A stretch of 64,000 nucleotides of DNA. Source: Schizochytrium sp. TIO01 (lineage: Eukaryota > Protista > Bigyra: Labyrinthulomycetes). The notes below the pieces were generated by a model. That model was not told where the DNA came from. It saw only the letters and a list, made by a program, of their open reading frames with translations, and did not search any database. The translations under genes were made by a program, and so were the position numbers. Where the stretch lies: contig SMSO01000006.1 in NCBI GenBank assembly GCA_004764695.1, positions 945,859 to 1,009,858 of the forward strand. The letters run 5' to 3'. This document shows, one piece after another, positions 1 through 11,189 of this stretch (position 1 is its first letter; each line of letters begins with the position of its first letter).

Positions 1-1
1 G

Positions 2-478
2 GATGTTGTTTTTTATGTTTTAGACAAGGTGCTGAGCTGGCCAGAAGGTGACGCAAATGACGCAATTTTACGTGCTTTCCTTCGGGATCCCCGACTTGAC
101 CTTAGTACAAATGATTGGTGGATACTTCGCAATGCAGCTCGTTTTGGCCGAGCTCATTTCATTCGGGATGCACTGCGTGCACTCGATTGTTCACCAACGG
201 AGAAATGGGCTATTGTCACATCAAACATTCGAGGGTTATGTACGCTTTCGTGGGCTTGCATCAATAATATGAGTAACGTCATCGATGTACTTCTCGAAGA
301 AGTAGCCTCCCAAACTCATCCTTCTCTAACGAACCAGGATCTCACGACAGCAATAGCATTTTCAAGAGAACTCGGAAATGCTGATGTCTATGAGCGCTTG
401 GTCAAATTTACCGCACAGCGAAATTTACCACAACATACACCCTACGCCATTGATGAAAGATTCGCGCATATTGTGTGA
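2..478 (+). CDS. Ankyrin-repeat-like protein, 3' part (5' end lies outside the window)
   Basis: The frame is open from base 2 (DVVFYVLDKVLSW...) to TGA at 476-478. Ankyrin-like helical motifs: ILRNAARFGRAHFIRDAL, TLSWACINNMSNVIDVLL, TAIAFSRELGNADVYERL. Confidence 0.65.
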   Translation, partial: DVVFYVLDKVLSWPEGDANDAILRAFLRDPRLDLSTNDWWILRNAARFGRAHFIRDALRALDCSPTEKWAIVTSNIRGLCTLSWACINNMSNVIDVLLEEVASQTHPSLTNQDLTTAIAFSRELGNADVYERLVKFTAQRNLPQHTPYAIDERFAHIV

Positions 479-1790
479 TAAAAGCATGTGTTCCGAACAA
501 CTCTGGCACCTAGTAAGCAGCTTCTTTCTGCCTTGGTTATTTTGCTTCCTGCTGTTTCTACTGTTATCTACGTAAAGGCATCCGCGTCAATGTATATGTT
601 GAAGAGGTTTCTGTATACTTGTCTGTGCAGTTACAGGCTAATGTGGAATGCGTACCGTGCCTTTGAGACATGTATCATTCCGGTAGGGTAAAGAGTTACA
701 GGCTCTTGACGAAAATCGCATTGGGGGAAATGGATAACCCAAAGTTTAATTCCTTCTAGCTCGCATGCGATAATGACTACATGCAGATGTATTGCCTCAT
801 CTATTTCTGATCCATAGATGAAGCTTTGGCATGCAAAGGGCTTTTCATTTGCTTTCTATGCTTTCATGAGGGCAATCAATATATTATAATCCACCTTCGC
901 ATCGTCAGGAAGAATAGTGCTTTCAGGCCAACATCCCTTTGAAGTGTTTCTCTCTTTGTATGTTTATTTCTTCGTAAAATTTGACTTCTGATCATTCGCT
1001 GCAGAAAAGTGATTTCCCTATAAACCTCAGCACAGGGATTAAACATTGCCTACGTTAGCGTCAAGTGTCAAGTGCGAGTTAGCCTTGCTGCATCTTACGA
1101 ATTTCGCATGCTTTGTTCTGTGCACGATTGTGTTCCTTTCCTAGGTGCGTTTACTCTTTGCCCGCATGAATTGCACGTCCAATCGAATTATTGTTTTGGT
1201 GGGCGATCACCTAGGTTCACCTTGATTGACTATTCTTTTCACAGATCTGCTATAAGCATAGCACTGAATCACAAACATGGATGCATCTACTACTTATGGT
1301 GTCTAAAGCTGTCATGTTATCACCTTCAGAATTCATGAAGTAAGCAGTTAGTCTTGGGTTTGGATTCGAACCTGTTCGAAACAAGCTCGCATAAGCGATT
1401 CAGCTCTATCTTTCCTGGCAGACTTTCGCACCAGGATTTGTTTAAAGCCCGCCCTGAAAACTCGATATATATCCTTAGCTTGAATACTATACACTAAACT
1501 TTAAGACAAGAAAAATGTATTTTGCCATTTGTTTTAGTAACTATAGAGCTGAAACTCTCCACTTGCTATTTCTAAATTGTAAGATATGTTTCGGATGATT
1601 TGTTTTCATGAAATCATTTTGAGCGAACAAGTAGAGAAGAGCATTAGATACATTGACGTACTATTGAGAGTGTATTATCGCTGATTCTTCGTCATCTTAC
1701 ACATTATCACCACAACTAGCACTCAACTTCCAATATCTTTTTGTTTTCGAAAGGAATGAATCATAATCATTTAATATAAAATAGACACGA

Positions 1791-2786
1791 CTATTTTTGC
1801 TTTGTCGCAAATGCCCGCCACCGACGTAAACCTGGATGAGCAAATAATTTGGCTTGTGAATGATACTCTAATGCGAGGCTCATGTTTGACTCAAGGCGGT
1901 GCACTTGAGAGTGACAAGCACGGCAAATGTTTACACCATGTACATGGAGCCATTCTTTTCGTGCCAGACCACTACGAGTATCTTGGTAAACCTTTTCAAG
2001 AGCATCAGGAAACTTATTCTTTTTCAAAAGCGCACTATGCGTTTCACGAGGGACAAGATGGTGAAAAGTCAGCTTAAGAGGACGCGTGCACAAACAGCAT
2101 TGGTTGTCTTCCAAAGCAGACTCATAACAATCCTTATCAAGCGCCATACGTGCCTCTGTTGATGGCTGCACATTTCCGTATTCTTTGAAGCGCACCGTGT
2201 ATTGAGCCTTAGATAGTCCTTCTATGACTTGAACACTTTCAACCTTGGCTGGGTGCCATTCATCGTCCTGGTCAAGAATAGCCAGGACATGGTCACCAAC
2301 ACCAAACTTGCTTTTAACATTGTCAGCATCAGCCCCCAGCACGAATTGCGAAAAGAGGCCTTCAGCAAGAGTCAATACTGAGTCTGGCTTGGCGTTAATC
2401 TTGTCAGCCACCTCTGGGTCACTGTCCGCAAGCCATTCTTGTGCTTTCACGATCCAGTCTGCAATATCCTGTGGCAAACCTTCCCCACTAGTTTTTTGCT
2501 CTTCGATAGCTTCTTCAAGACTCGCTGCAAGGTATGTCACAAGCGTCAGCTCCTCGTCTTCCTCTGCAATATTGTCCTCCTCCTCCTCCTCCTCAGCGGC
2601 ATCTGGTGATTCGCGATCCTCATCCTCGTCTGCAGCTCGAAGCGTCAACAGCACTAGCCGCTCAAGTTCTGTTGGGCTTTCATCCTCACTCGCAACACTC
2701 CCTGCCATATCTTGCTCCCTTGATGCGGAATCGGTGCGCCTCGATGTGGAACTGCTTTTCTCTTTTGCCAGAGGCTCCGTTTTCAT
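1791..2786 (-). CDS. Tudor domain + zinc-binding HNH (McrA/YisB-like) domain protein
   Basis: 331-aa ATG ORF. aa 161-216 FGVGDHVLAILDQDDEWHPAKV...YTVRFKEYGN follows the SMN/SPF30-type Tudor pattern. aa 230-296 CCLC..LTFHHLVP...CRACHSQVH follows the HNH pattern. The N-terminus is acidic. Confidence 0.85.
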   Translation of the reverse strand: MKTEPLAKEKSSSTSRRTDSASREQDMAGSVASEDESPTELERLVLLTLRAADEDEDRESPDAAEEEEEEDNIAEEDEELTLVTYLAASLEEAIEEQKTSGEGLPQDIADWIVKAQEWLADSDPEVADKINAKPDSVLTLAEGLFSQFVLGADADNVKSKFGVGDHVLAILDQDDEWHPAKVESVQVIEGLSKAQYTVRFKEYGNVQPSTEARMALDKDCYESALEDNQCCLCTRPLKLTFHHLVPRETHSALLKKNKFPDALEKVYQDTRSGLARKEWLHVHGVNICRACHSQVHRLESNMSLALEYHSQAKLFAHPGLRRWRAFATKQK

Positions 2787-3392
2787 TGAGTTCTCTTATC
2801 GTGGATTTCATTCTTCTTATAAAAGACTGTTTGTTTTCCCGAACAGAGGATCTAAATCGTAAAAAGAGACCAGAATATTCATCGTCACGGTAGCAGTAAT
2901 ATGTGTTCATTCACAATCATGAGAGTATGCAAGGGTTCCAACCCAAGGAATGCTGGAACCAGCCAAGAACGAAAGATGAGAGTCACTCTTCGCAAGATTA
3001 CACACCGTGGAACAACTTCAGAACCAGAGAACCTTCAGTGTGGCGATCCAGCTTACGAGCTTACAGATGACCTGAGCCAGAAAAGATACTTCTGAATGGT
3101 AAGAACTGCAGGAGACATAACGATTTAAGTTCACAATTTACCGAAAAACTTGACTAGAGCAGTGCTTTCCAGTAGGTCTCGCAACATTCAAGTGAAACAG
3201 TATGGTCAGACTATTATTCAAGAGTCAGAAAACGATATCGAGGCAATGCCGACTTTTAAAGCGGAGGTTCATGTATTTTGAATTCATAGCAGTGAAGAGA
3301 CAGCGTTTATAAAATGTCGAGGTAGAAGTCTTAAGCAATTGGCATGAAAAATTATCAAAAAACAACGTAGTGATCCATTCTCGATTGGGAAC

Positions 3393-6300
3393 TCAGCATG
3401 CTTTGGGACGCTGAGAATCATCCATACTAGCTTCTAGCATCGCCTGAAGATGAATTAGACGTGGGCTTAGTTTTACAGAAATAGATCGGGGTTGATGAGG
3501 AACATGTGGTACAAGACTTTGTTGTGATGATGATCCTGTTGAGACGGAACTGGCATATTCAGACGTGAGAGATCGAGTTGATACTCGATGCGGGATGAGA
3601 GCTTTTCTAGCTGCTGTGTCGCCAATTATGTCTGTCGGCGGTCGCAGTGACTGGATCTTTAAGCCTTTCAACTTTCGTTTTGACATTTTTTCTTTCTTGC
3701 GCGAATTCTTTCTCCTGCGAGATCTTCTTTTTTTAATGTTAATGTTTTCGTTGGAATTGTGGGGAGTGCTTGACCGCAAGAGTCCAGTTGTAGGGTCTAT
3801 AAGACGAATCAAGGGGACACCTCCGGAATCTGTTACACCATCTGTGTCCTCATCGCATTGGTTGTTTTTGCTACTTTGGGCGTATGGAACGTTTGTAGTA
3901 TCTTCAAGATTTAGATGCGATTCGGGGCCTTGGGATGCTTTTTGTTGTGCTACTTCAAATCCCTCCGTCGAGAGAATCTTAGGAGGGCCGTTCTGCGGAA
4001 CAGGTTCTGAGATATTTAAGTTTTCTAGGACTTTCGCTGCAGACTTACGCTCTAGCTCATAACTAAATACTGAAATAAATCCACCTGGGCGCTTGAGGTC
4101 TGCAATGTCCAAGTCAGTTTCATGTTGAGCAGGAGCTATGAACGCTTCTTGGTCCTCAGAAATGGAGTCTAATCGGCTAGAGTTGCTGCGCGCGACGAGA
4201 GGGGTATGCATCAATAAATCAGCATTTGACAATTCATCCGAAGAAATTATACCAGAAGAAGAGGACATGTCGTGAGAAGCTTCGAAGAATTCAGATGCTA
4301 CACTTGCCGAAGTTTCGTTTAAAGTCCTATATAGGTTTTCGTGACACACTATTTTATGCAAAAGCTGCTTTCGTAATTTTTCATAGCGCTCTGGGAATGC
4401 GTCTTTTGCTCTGACACAAACTACATTATTTCGCTCTCCAAGAAGAATCTCCCCAAGACCATGATTTAAAACGGTAAGTGCATGAATTGGATCTCCATGA
4501 ATATCCAGCATTCTAATGAGTCTTTTGCGTTCATTCCACACTTTGAGGCGGCCATCTACACCAACACTCAGGAGGATTCGAAGTGGGTCAACAAATACTG
4601 CTGCTGAAACCATGCCTTCATGGGCGTGATCCTGTGAAATGCCAGAAATAAGAGTCACTGATTCTAAGTCTACCAAAAGGGATTCGCCAGATTGCAACCC
4701 GAGGTAAGCTAATGGGCGTTCTTGACTCACAGCGACACAGGAAATTGGAGTCCATCCAGAAAGATCAATCTTACCTAAACAAGCCCATTCTTGCATGTCC
4801 CATACACTAACAGCATCGACCCCTGCTATTGTGCTCGTGATGACTAAAAGCTCATCTCGGATAGCGAAATTTGTAATTGGACTTTCATGCACCGTCAGAA
4901 ATTGATGCCGAAGCTCACCATATGATTCTCTACAAAGATCCCAAAAAAATAGAGAACCTCGAGCTGACCCACCAACAAGAAATCGTGGCGTGACTGCGAT
5001 TGTACATATTTCATCTTTGTGGGGTTTAATATGTTGCCAGAAACCTGCAACAAGTGCAGGGTCGTGAGAAGCATCATAAATAATGATTTTACTGGATGAG
5101 AGTAAGACGAAAATATACTGACTCTCCTCATCAAAGGCAACCTGTCGCACAGAATCTAGTTTGCTGTTTGGTACAATTCGACATGTAGTATCGCCAGACG
5201 TGCTATTCACAAGGCGAATACTCCCATCCATGGAATGCACTAAGACCTGCTCAGTTTCAGGCAGAGACAAAAGGTGAGAGATAGGTGCACGCTCTGGTGC
5301 AAATGGAGCGGTCAAATGTTGGAGTTTCCAAAGCTCCAATTTACATCCTACCGTAACTAAAAGATGTTGGTTAGGCATGACCTGAATGTTTGAACATCCC
5401 TCATTGCCGACTTGGAAACGATACCTTTCTTGTAGTAGATCCAAACTTAACACAGAGATAATCCCATCCATGGAGCTGCTGATAATTAGTCCAGACTCAT
5501 TAGGGGTAGGGTGATGACACAAGTTCGTAATTCCTTTAGAGTGGCTGCGAAACGTATGCACGAGAACTTGATGTTCTGCATCTGTCCAGACGCATATCTC
5601 TCCTCCAGCACTGCCTGTCACTAAATAATGACTATCTTCATATGCAATACAACATGTGACAGGATGCTTGTGTAAATGATGCAATGAATAGCATTTGGTG
5701 CCTGTTTGAGAATGAAATATGTGAATGTCGTCGTCTTTCAACACATATATCTTTTGCGAGTTTTCATCAACTTCAACCTTGCGAGCCCAGTTAGAATCCG
5801 AGAGAACAAGTCGTGGTCGGAGATCATGCACAGTAACCGATTTCCACAATTTGCTCTGTGCATCCCATACTTCGGTCTTGTGTTCGCTCCAGCTCCACAG
5901 GGTAACCCCATTGACTCCCGCACTAACAAGCTCCTGGGATCCGTGCAGATACTTCAGGTCATAAACTGCGCGCTGATGGAGAGGTACGGAACCAACATAC
6001 TCCAGAGTATGTATATCATAAAACTTGCAGGAGAGATCTGCAGCTGTTGCAACAATGACATGTTTTTCAGGAATTTGAAGCACCGTGCTCAAAAACTCAG
6101 ATTTCCCAGTTGGAAAGACAAGTCGTCGAACTTCATGGAAGTCCTTCCACAGACGTAAGGAACGCGGATCCAAGGAAGCAACCCAAATTTCTTCCTCAAT
6201 TTCTCCATTTGTCCTCTTTTTATTATGTTCGCTGTCCAATCGAGAACCAGTCTTACTTAGACTTGATTTGACAATACTTACGATCCCTGACGAACCTTTG

Positions 6301-6410
6301 ATTTTATGTGAATGGCTTAAAGATGCTTCGAACTGGAACCCAAATGATCTGAGAAGGTTCGTATCTTGGACACGTGTGGCCTGCAACTCAATTGGGGCTG
6401 CGATCGTCAT
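3393..6410 (-). CDS. Large WD40-repeat protein (probably two propellers plus a disordered basic tail; possibly WDR87/WDR97-like)
   Basis: ~1005-aa ORF with first ATG at 6410. Many WD repeats (HQRAVYDL..LVSAG..VTLW, HKHPVTC..LVTGS..ICVW, HEGMVS..LSVG.DGRLKVWN). Ser/Lys/Arg-rich C-terminus. The subfamily is a guess. Confidence 0.88.
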   Translation of the reverse strand: MTIAAPIELQATRVQDTNLLRSFGFQFEASLSHSHKIKGSSGIVSIVKSSLSKTGSRLDSEHNKKRTNGEIEEEIWVASLDPRSLRLWKDFHEVRRLVFPTGKSEFLSTVLQIPEKHVIVATAADLSCKFYDIHTLEYVGSVPLHQRAVYDLKYLHGSQELVSAGVNGVTLWSWSEHKTEVWDAQSKLWKSVTVHDLRPRLVLSDSNWARKVEVDENSQKIYVLKDDDIHIFHSQTGTKCYSLHHLHKHPVTCCIAYEDSHYLVTGSAGGEICVWTDAEHQVLVHTFRSHSKGITNLCHHPTPNESGLIISSSMDGIISVLSLDLLQERYRFQVGNEGCSNIQVMPNQHLLVTVGCKLELWKLQHLTAPFAPERAPISHLLSLPETEQVLVHSMDGSIRLVNSTSGDTTCRIVPNSKLDSVRQVAFDEESQYIFVLLSSSKIIIYDASHDPALVAGFWQHIKPHKDEICTIAVTPRFLVGGSARGSLFFWDLCRESYGELRHQFLTVHESPITNFAIRDELLVITSTIAGVDAVSVWDMQEWACLGKIDLSGWTPISCVAVSQERPLAYLGLQSGESLLVDLESVTLISGISQDHAHEGMVSAAVFVDPLRILLSVGVDGRLKVWNERKRLIRMLDIHGDPIHALTVLNHGLGEILLGERNNVVCVRAKDAFPERYEKLRKQLLHKIVCHENLYRTLNETSASVASEFFEASHDMSSSSGIISSDELSNADLLMHTPLVARSNSSRLDSISEDQEAFIAPAQHETDLDIADLKRPGGFISVFSYELERKSAAKVLENLNISEPVPQNGPPKILSTEGFEVAQQKASQGPESHLNLEDTTNVPYAQSSKNNQCDEDTDGVTDSGGVPLIRLIDPTTGLLRSSTPHNSNENINIKKRRSRRRKNSRKKEKMSKRKLKGLKIQSLRPPTDIIGDTAARKALIPHRVSTRSLTSEYASSVSTGSSSQQSLVPHVPHQPRSISVKLSPRLIHLQAMLEASMDDSQRPKAC

Positions 6411-8278
6411 TCTTTCTCTGAGCACTCATCCAACGCGACTATGTTAAAACGCTAGAAGCCAAAATGTCCTAATACTGTAATTGAACTCATACGCCTTTGT
6501 CAAAAGTCCTTGTCAGAGCTAAAATGTTATTAGCCAGAATCGCTGCTGCCAACTCAAGTACAGAGAGTTAATATTATTTTTGACTTTCAGGCTTCTTCAT
6601 TGCCCACTCTTCCTTGTTCAATCTACTCGGGTCTCTCCAAAATAAGGCACTAGTCACACAAGAAGGTTGTTGTAGCATAGATAAAAGCTTCAGGCTGCAT
6701 TGCTCATCAATCCCACTCTCTCACCTTTACATAGTTTCCTTTTCTTGCGGAGCTTGTTATTTCTTGTTATACTCTCCTTATCTCCCGTATCAACGGATCT
6801 CTGTAAATTGCGTTCTGCACAGCATGTACCTCTGTACTAGCTAGAGTAGCAACTTGAGAACTAAAAATGTCAAACCTCTCTTACCATCCACAGATCATAT
6901 AGCTGCTCCTTCGAAGCCCAAATCAGAACAGAGTGGGGTATTTCGTTTAAATCCGGCTGCAGACTGAATGACGAAGCCAGTGTCAAGAAGAAAGGAAGAA
7001 GGGTTACTGACAGAGATAATTTGGGGGTCCTTCAGTTCGCCTTGCAAAGATGCAAATGAGCCAACCCCAGACGAGCAAAGTTGAGGAGGGCATATTTCAA
7101 TACCTATGTAGTCTAGTACTGATATTTTACTTAAAGATCTTGGATAGAGAGTGCCGAGTTAGTAGTTCTTTGAATAACGATTCTGCTCAGAAAACATTGA
7201 AAAAATAATAAAAGCTAGGTTATCATACTTTGATAAATTCCATAATACCAGAATGAAATATTACACTAAACTGTATTTTTTGTTAATACAGGTTACGGGA
7301 GTAAACCTATTTTGAAATACGCTGCGGATTACGGGTACATGACTCTACTACATGCAACCCATTTCAGAGCATGATGCTTAAAATTTGTTGCTTAGCAAAT
7401 GAACAATTCCTCTTCAGAGAGTTCATCTTATAATTGCTAAGCCTGGGTTTCCATCCCATATTTTGGTTTGACTGCAAGCAAATGCTGCTTCTTTAGAATG
7501 GCCTACATCGGAAAGTTATCTTTTCTTGTGAACTGTTAAAAGAAAAAAATATACTCTAAAGCAATTTATAACATGCTATAATTGAACTCTCTCCAAAGTT
7601 TCATGTGGTGTCTATTGTTCAACTACATTGAATTATATTTATTGCACGATACTCTATAAGCGTTGAAAAGAAAGAGCTTCTTTACTCGTACATATTTGCA
7701 ACGCCATTCAAAGGAAGGAAGTTTCGATTCTAAGTTTGTTTATTTCAGTACTATCATCGCAGGCCCTACGGCCCATGTAAGAATAATAATTAAAGTACAG
7801 TTAATGGTTCTACAATTAAATCCGCATTTATTATCTATGTTTGTGACTTCTGGATGTAACAATGGGCCTTCATTTGAGTTGGTTATTCGATAATTGGGTT
7901 TTAGATCTACTCTTCAATGAAATGTCTTAAACGATAACTTTGTCCTGCAATATTGATGACATCTCTCGCAGACTGTATCTCATATGGTGGCAAGGGGATT
8001 GAATTAGTAATTGCGAAACGAAATCTCCAGGCTCAAACCTTGCAGTATTGAACAATAGTTCGACCTTGTTTCCCAAAAATTGTCTCTATCCATAGTCAAG
8101 TTAATTAGGCCGCAATTGTTATCGGAGCCTTTCTCAGTTTATGTTTTTAAATAATAATTTTCTTAAATTTTTAATAATAATAATAATAGGAAGTAAAAGT
8201 AGTCTCTAGCTAGTAGTGGTCTATATTTAGCAGAAATGGTGATCATTATTGAGACAAAACTAATAACTTAGCAGATAC

Positions 8279-8535
8279 TAGACTCAAAAATAGAGGAGCC
8301 GTCCATACGGGTGGCAAGCTCCTCTGCGCCAGAGTGTATGTTCCCGGGGGAGCAAGGCTTCGAAGTAGTTGCTTCTCCAAGCGGAGGCTCACCAACAAAG
8401 GTGGGGAGCTGAGGGACTGATTGTGTGGTTGTAGCGTTCGTGGCAACGTGTAGCTTCTAAGAAAACCATCATCAGAACCGTGGTTAGCCTACACTAAATA
8501 ATCCGAACAAGGGCTTTCATCCTTCGCTGAGTCTA
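8279..8535 (+). ncRNA. Candidate structured RNA or structured 5' leader, family unidentified
   Basis: Five consecutive hairpins are closed by TAGACTCA (8279-8286) / TGAGTCTA (8528-8535). Non-Watson-Crick pairs are G-U on the + strand. It is a GC-richer island next to an AT-rich upstream flank. Confidence 0.35.
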
Positions 8536-8663
8536 CAAAGAGTGCAAAAGCTGTGAGCTTTACAAGGGTAGTGAAGATATCCTTCGTTTACGCAATTTTA
8601 GGGGCTCAAAGTTCCTAGTGATTGTTCTTCACTCCCTTTCGCTTTTGAGGAGTCATCATCAGT

Positions 8664-9932
8664 ATGGTAAAGAACCTTGGTAAACGGTTTTTGCCCTTGG
8701 CTGTGGCATTGATATTTGCGGTATTGCTGTTCATGGTGTGGCAAACAAATGTTGCATTTACATCACTAAGCTATAGCTCTGCCGAGCAGGTGCAAGAGTG
8801 GAGACACCAAATAGAGGAGCAACTTTCATCAAGTCTCCAGCAAAGTAGCCCATCACAAGCAGTGTCTTTACGAACCTCGTCGACAGAGAGTTTTGTTGAG
8901 GTGAAAGACGTGGCATCATACCAAGCTGCAACAGGTCGCTTAGACCGTGTATACTGTATGATTCCTACTATGTACGAGGCAAGCCGCCTGCGTCTATGGT
9001 CAGCCATTCTGAAAACTTATGGCTCAAGGTGTGACATTATTAAATTTTTTGTAGACCCGTCCACAAAAAACGAAACAATTCCAGCCACCTTTCAACCTAA
9101 AGGGTCTACAATTTCTGCAGAAATTGTTGTTGTTCCTATGAGGCGGAGAGGCGGAATTTGCGCAGACGGGAAACCATGCCGACATATCTGGGAGAAAGTA
9201 TGGCGGAGCTGGTTGCATGTTTTTATGCATGACTTGAACAAGGCTGAATGGTTTGTGAAGGTTGATGACGATACCTACTTCCTGCCTTCAAACTTGCGGA
9301 AGTTCGTGCGGGAGAAGCAATGGGCACATGACGACCCACATTATTTTGGATATCTTGAAAATATCGAGCGCCCTCCCTACCGGTTGGTGTCAGGTGTTTG
9401 CACGACGTTCAGTCGTGGTGCCATTTCTCGTCTCGGTAGCCGAGTAGAGTTCATGAAGTCCGAGTACGGTCCGCGCTCAAATTTTCCGAATTCGCATGGC
9501 GCTTGTGTGGATCGTGATGGTGCTACAGAGGAGCTCGTTACCAGCAAATGTCTTTCAGAAGTGGGGGTCTATGCGGAAGATGCATTGGAGGATGGAACGC
9601 GCGAGTACGTGATACCACTCGGAATACCTTTTACATTGACACATCAACATCGACCAGGGTCAAAGAGCTGGTTCTGGAAAGGTAAGACTGCCACTCGTGG
9701 AGTGATGCGTGACTGTTGCTCTGCGCATGCTTGGGGAATTCATGGTTATAAGCACCCAGATCGTATGTTTGAAATGGAGGGGATGATGACTGGCACTTCG
9801 CGCGAGGAGATTCTCAGATTGCGAGATCATCAGGAACCTGGCACACTTGAATGGGAGCAATTCGACTACGTTCATCGTATGCGTGTTGCTATTGCTAATG
9901 ATCGATACGCATATCCTCCAATGTCAGTCTAG
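8664..9932 (+). CDS. GT31 glycosyltransferase, core-1 beta-1,3-galactosyltransferase (C1GALT1)-like, type II membrane protein
   Basis: 422 aa with an N-terminal TM anchor and stem. Motifs RVYCMIPT, TYGSRCD..FF, IWEKV, AEWFVKVDDDTY (DxD), NLRKF, PHYFG, CL..VGV, CCS...GIH. Confidence 0.92.
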   Translation: MVKNLGKRFLPLAVALIFAVLLFMVWQTNVAFTSLSYSSAEQVQEWRHQIEEQLSSSLQQSSPSQAVSLRTSSTESFVEVKDVASYQAATGRLDRVYCMIPTMYEASRLRLWSAILKTYGSRCDIIKFFVDPSTKNETIPATFQPKGSTISAEIVVVPMRRRGGICADGKPCRHIWEKVWRSWLHVFMHDLNKAEWFVKVDDDTYFLPSNLRKFVREKQWAHDDPHYFGYLENIERPPYRLVSGVCTTFSRGAISRLGSRVEFMKSEYGPRSNFPNSHGACVDRDGATEELVTSKCLSEVGVYAEDALEDGTREYVIPLGIPFTLTHQHRPGSKSWFWKGKTATRGVMRDCCSAHAWGIHGYKHPDRMFEMEGMMTGTSREEILRLRDHQEPGTLEWEQFDYVHRMRVAIANDRYAYPPMSV

Positions 9933-11189
9933 ATTCTAGGCCCTCCTGGACGGTTCCTAAACACCAAATTGCATTGGTTTTTCAACGTTTGTATACGCTT
10001 CTTTGATCCTGTGCAAGTGTTGTATTCTTTCTAATTTCTTATTGAGTACAAACTCGGACCTAAATATGTGATCAAACTTTTAGATTAGCATGCAAATTTC
10101 TTGTACAAAGAAATCTGGCTTGCACATGTGTTGTTGTTCAACACTCTCTTAGCTCTAATATCTGCGCTCAGGGGAAACGCAATTACTACAGGGTTCATCC
10201 AAATATTTGTTGTGTCACATAAATAACACGATCTAGGGGAAATTAAACTTGATCTCACAAGTCTGCTTGCAAATTTTCCACTGGCGCACGAACCAAATCA
10301 GATCATGCCGTACTGTTCATAATCTTGAGGTGGCGGATAGGTCATTTTCCTTTTTTAAAATATATAAAAAAAAACATGAAATTCGAAGCAAGTTCACTTC
10401 ATCGATGGTATATATCATTGAAATCCTTTCTTCTTTTCATTTTTTTTAATTTAAATATAATGAAATGGGGGGAATGGTTCATCCGATACTGTGAGAGACA
10501 ACATTCATTTTAGATCCAAAGCACCTCGTCTTGAGAGTTTGCCATAGAACTAAGTTTCCATATTTTATAAAGAAAAGTTTCGTTTGTGGGCTAAAACCTA
10601 CAAAATACAACAAGGTTCAAGATAACAAGGAGAAGAAATAGTGAAAGGACTGAAAAATATTTCGTTTGATCATGAAACAACACGAGGTCGAAGGACAGAT
10701 GCATTAGAAAGAGCTCTCCGACGACTTAAGTGTAAATACGCAATATCGAAAGCTCGACAGCAATAAAGCACTTGTATAGGTGACACAAAGGAGCGAGTAA
10801 TCTCACTGTCCTGTAGACCAACGCGGTTTTAAACTCAGACGCATGAGAAATAGCATTAAAAAAATGAGTGCTTATGGTAATGGTGACGTATTGATTTGAA
10901 AACAATACTAAGATCACGCGAAGGCACAGCAACTAATCGCTTTAGATAGTATGGCAGAAGTTTCTCTTTGAGAAGTGGTATAGCCAGCAGTAGACAAGAG
11001 GATCCCCCATCTTCAAATGCATCCACGCACGCCGAACGGAAGGATAGTACATTTGCCAATGAACTTATTGTTGTTGTTGATGATGATGGTAATGATTGTG
11101 ATACGGTTGCGTGAACGAAGAAGAGTTGATGCCGGCAAGAGATTCATTGTCTTAGATTCTGTTGGAGCACATTGCACGACAGAGTAAAT

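Noticed and set aside
480-940. Minus-strand frame with few stops, a possible pseudogene
   Set aside because: Three in-frame stops and no recognisable motif; cannot be distinguished from chance by eye.
8445-8497. Type III hammerhead ribozyme on the minus strand (CTGATGA ... GAAG)
   Set aside because: The second core box is GAAG rather than GAAA, stem II is mostly wobble pairs, and stem I cannot accommodate both a loop and the cleavage nucleotide.
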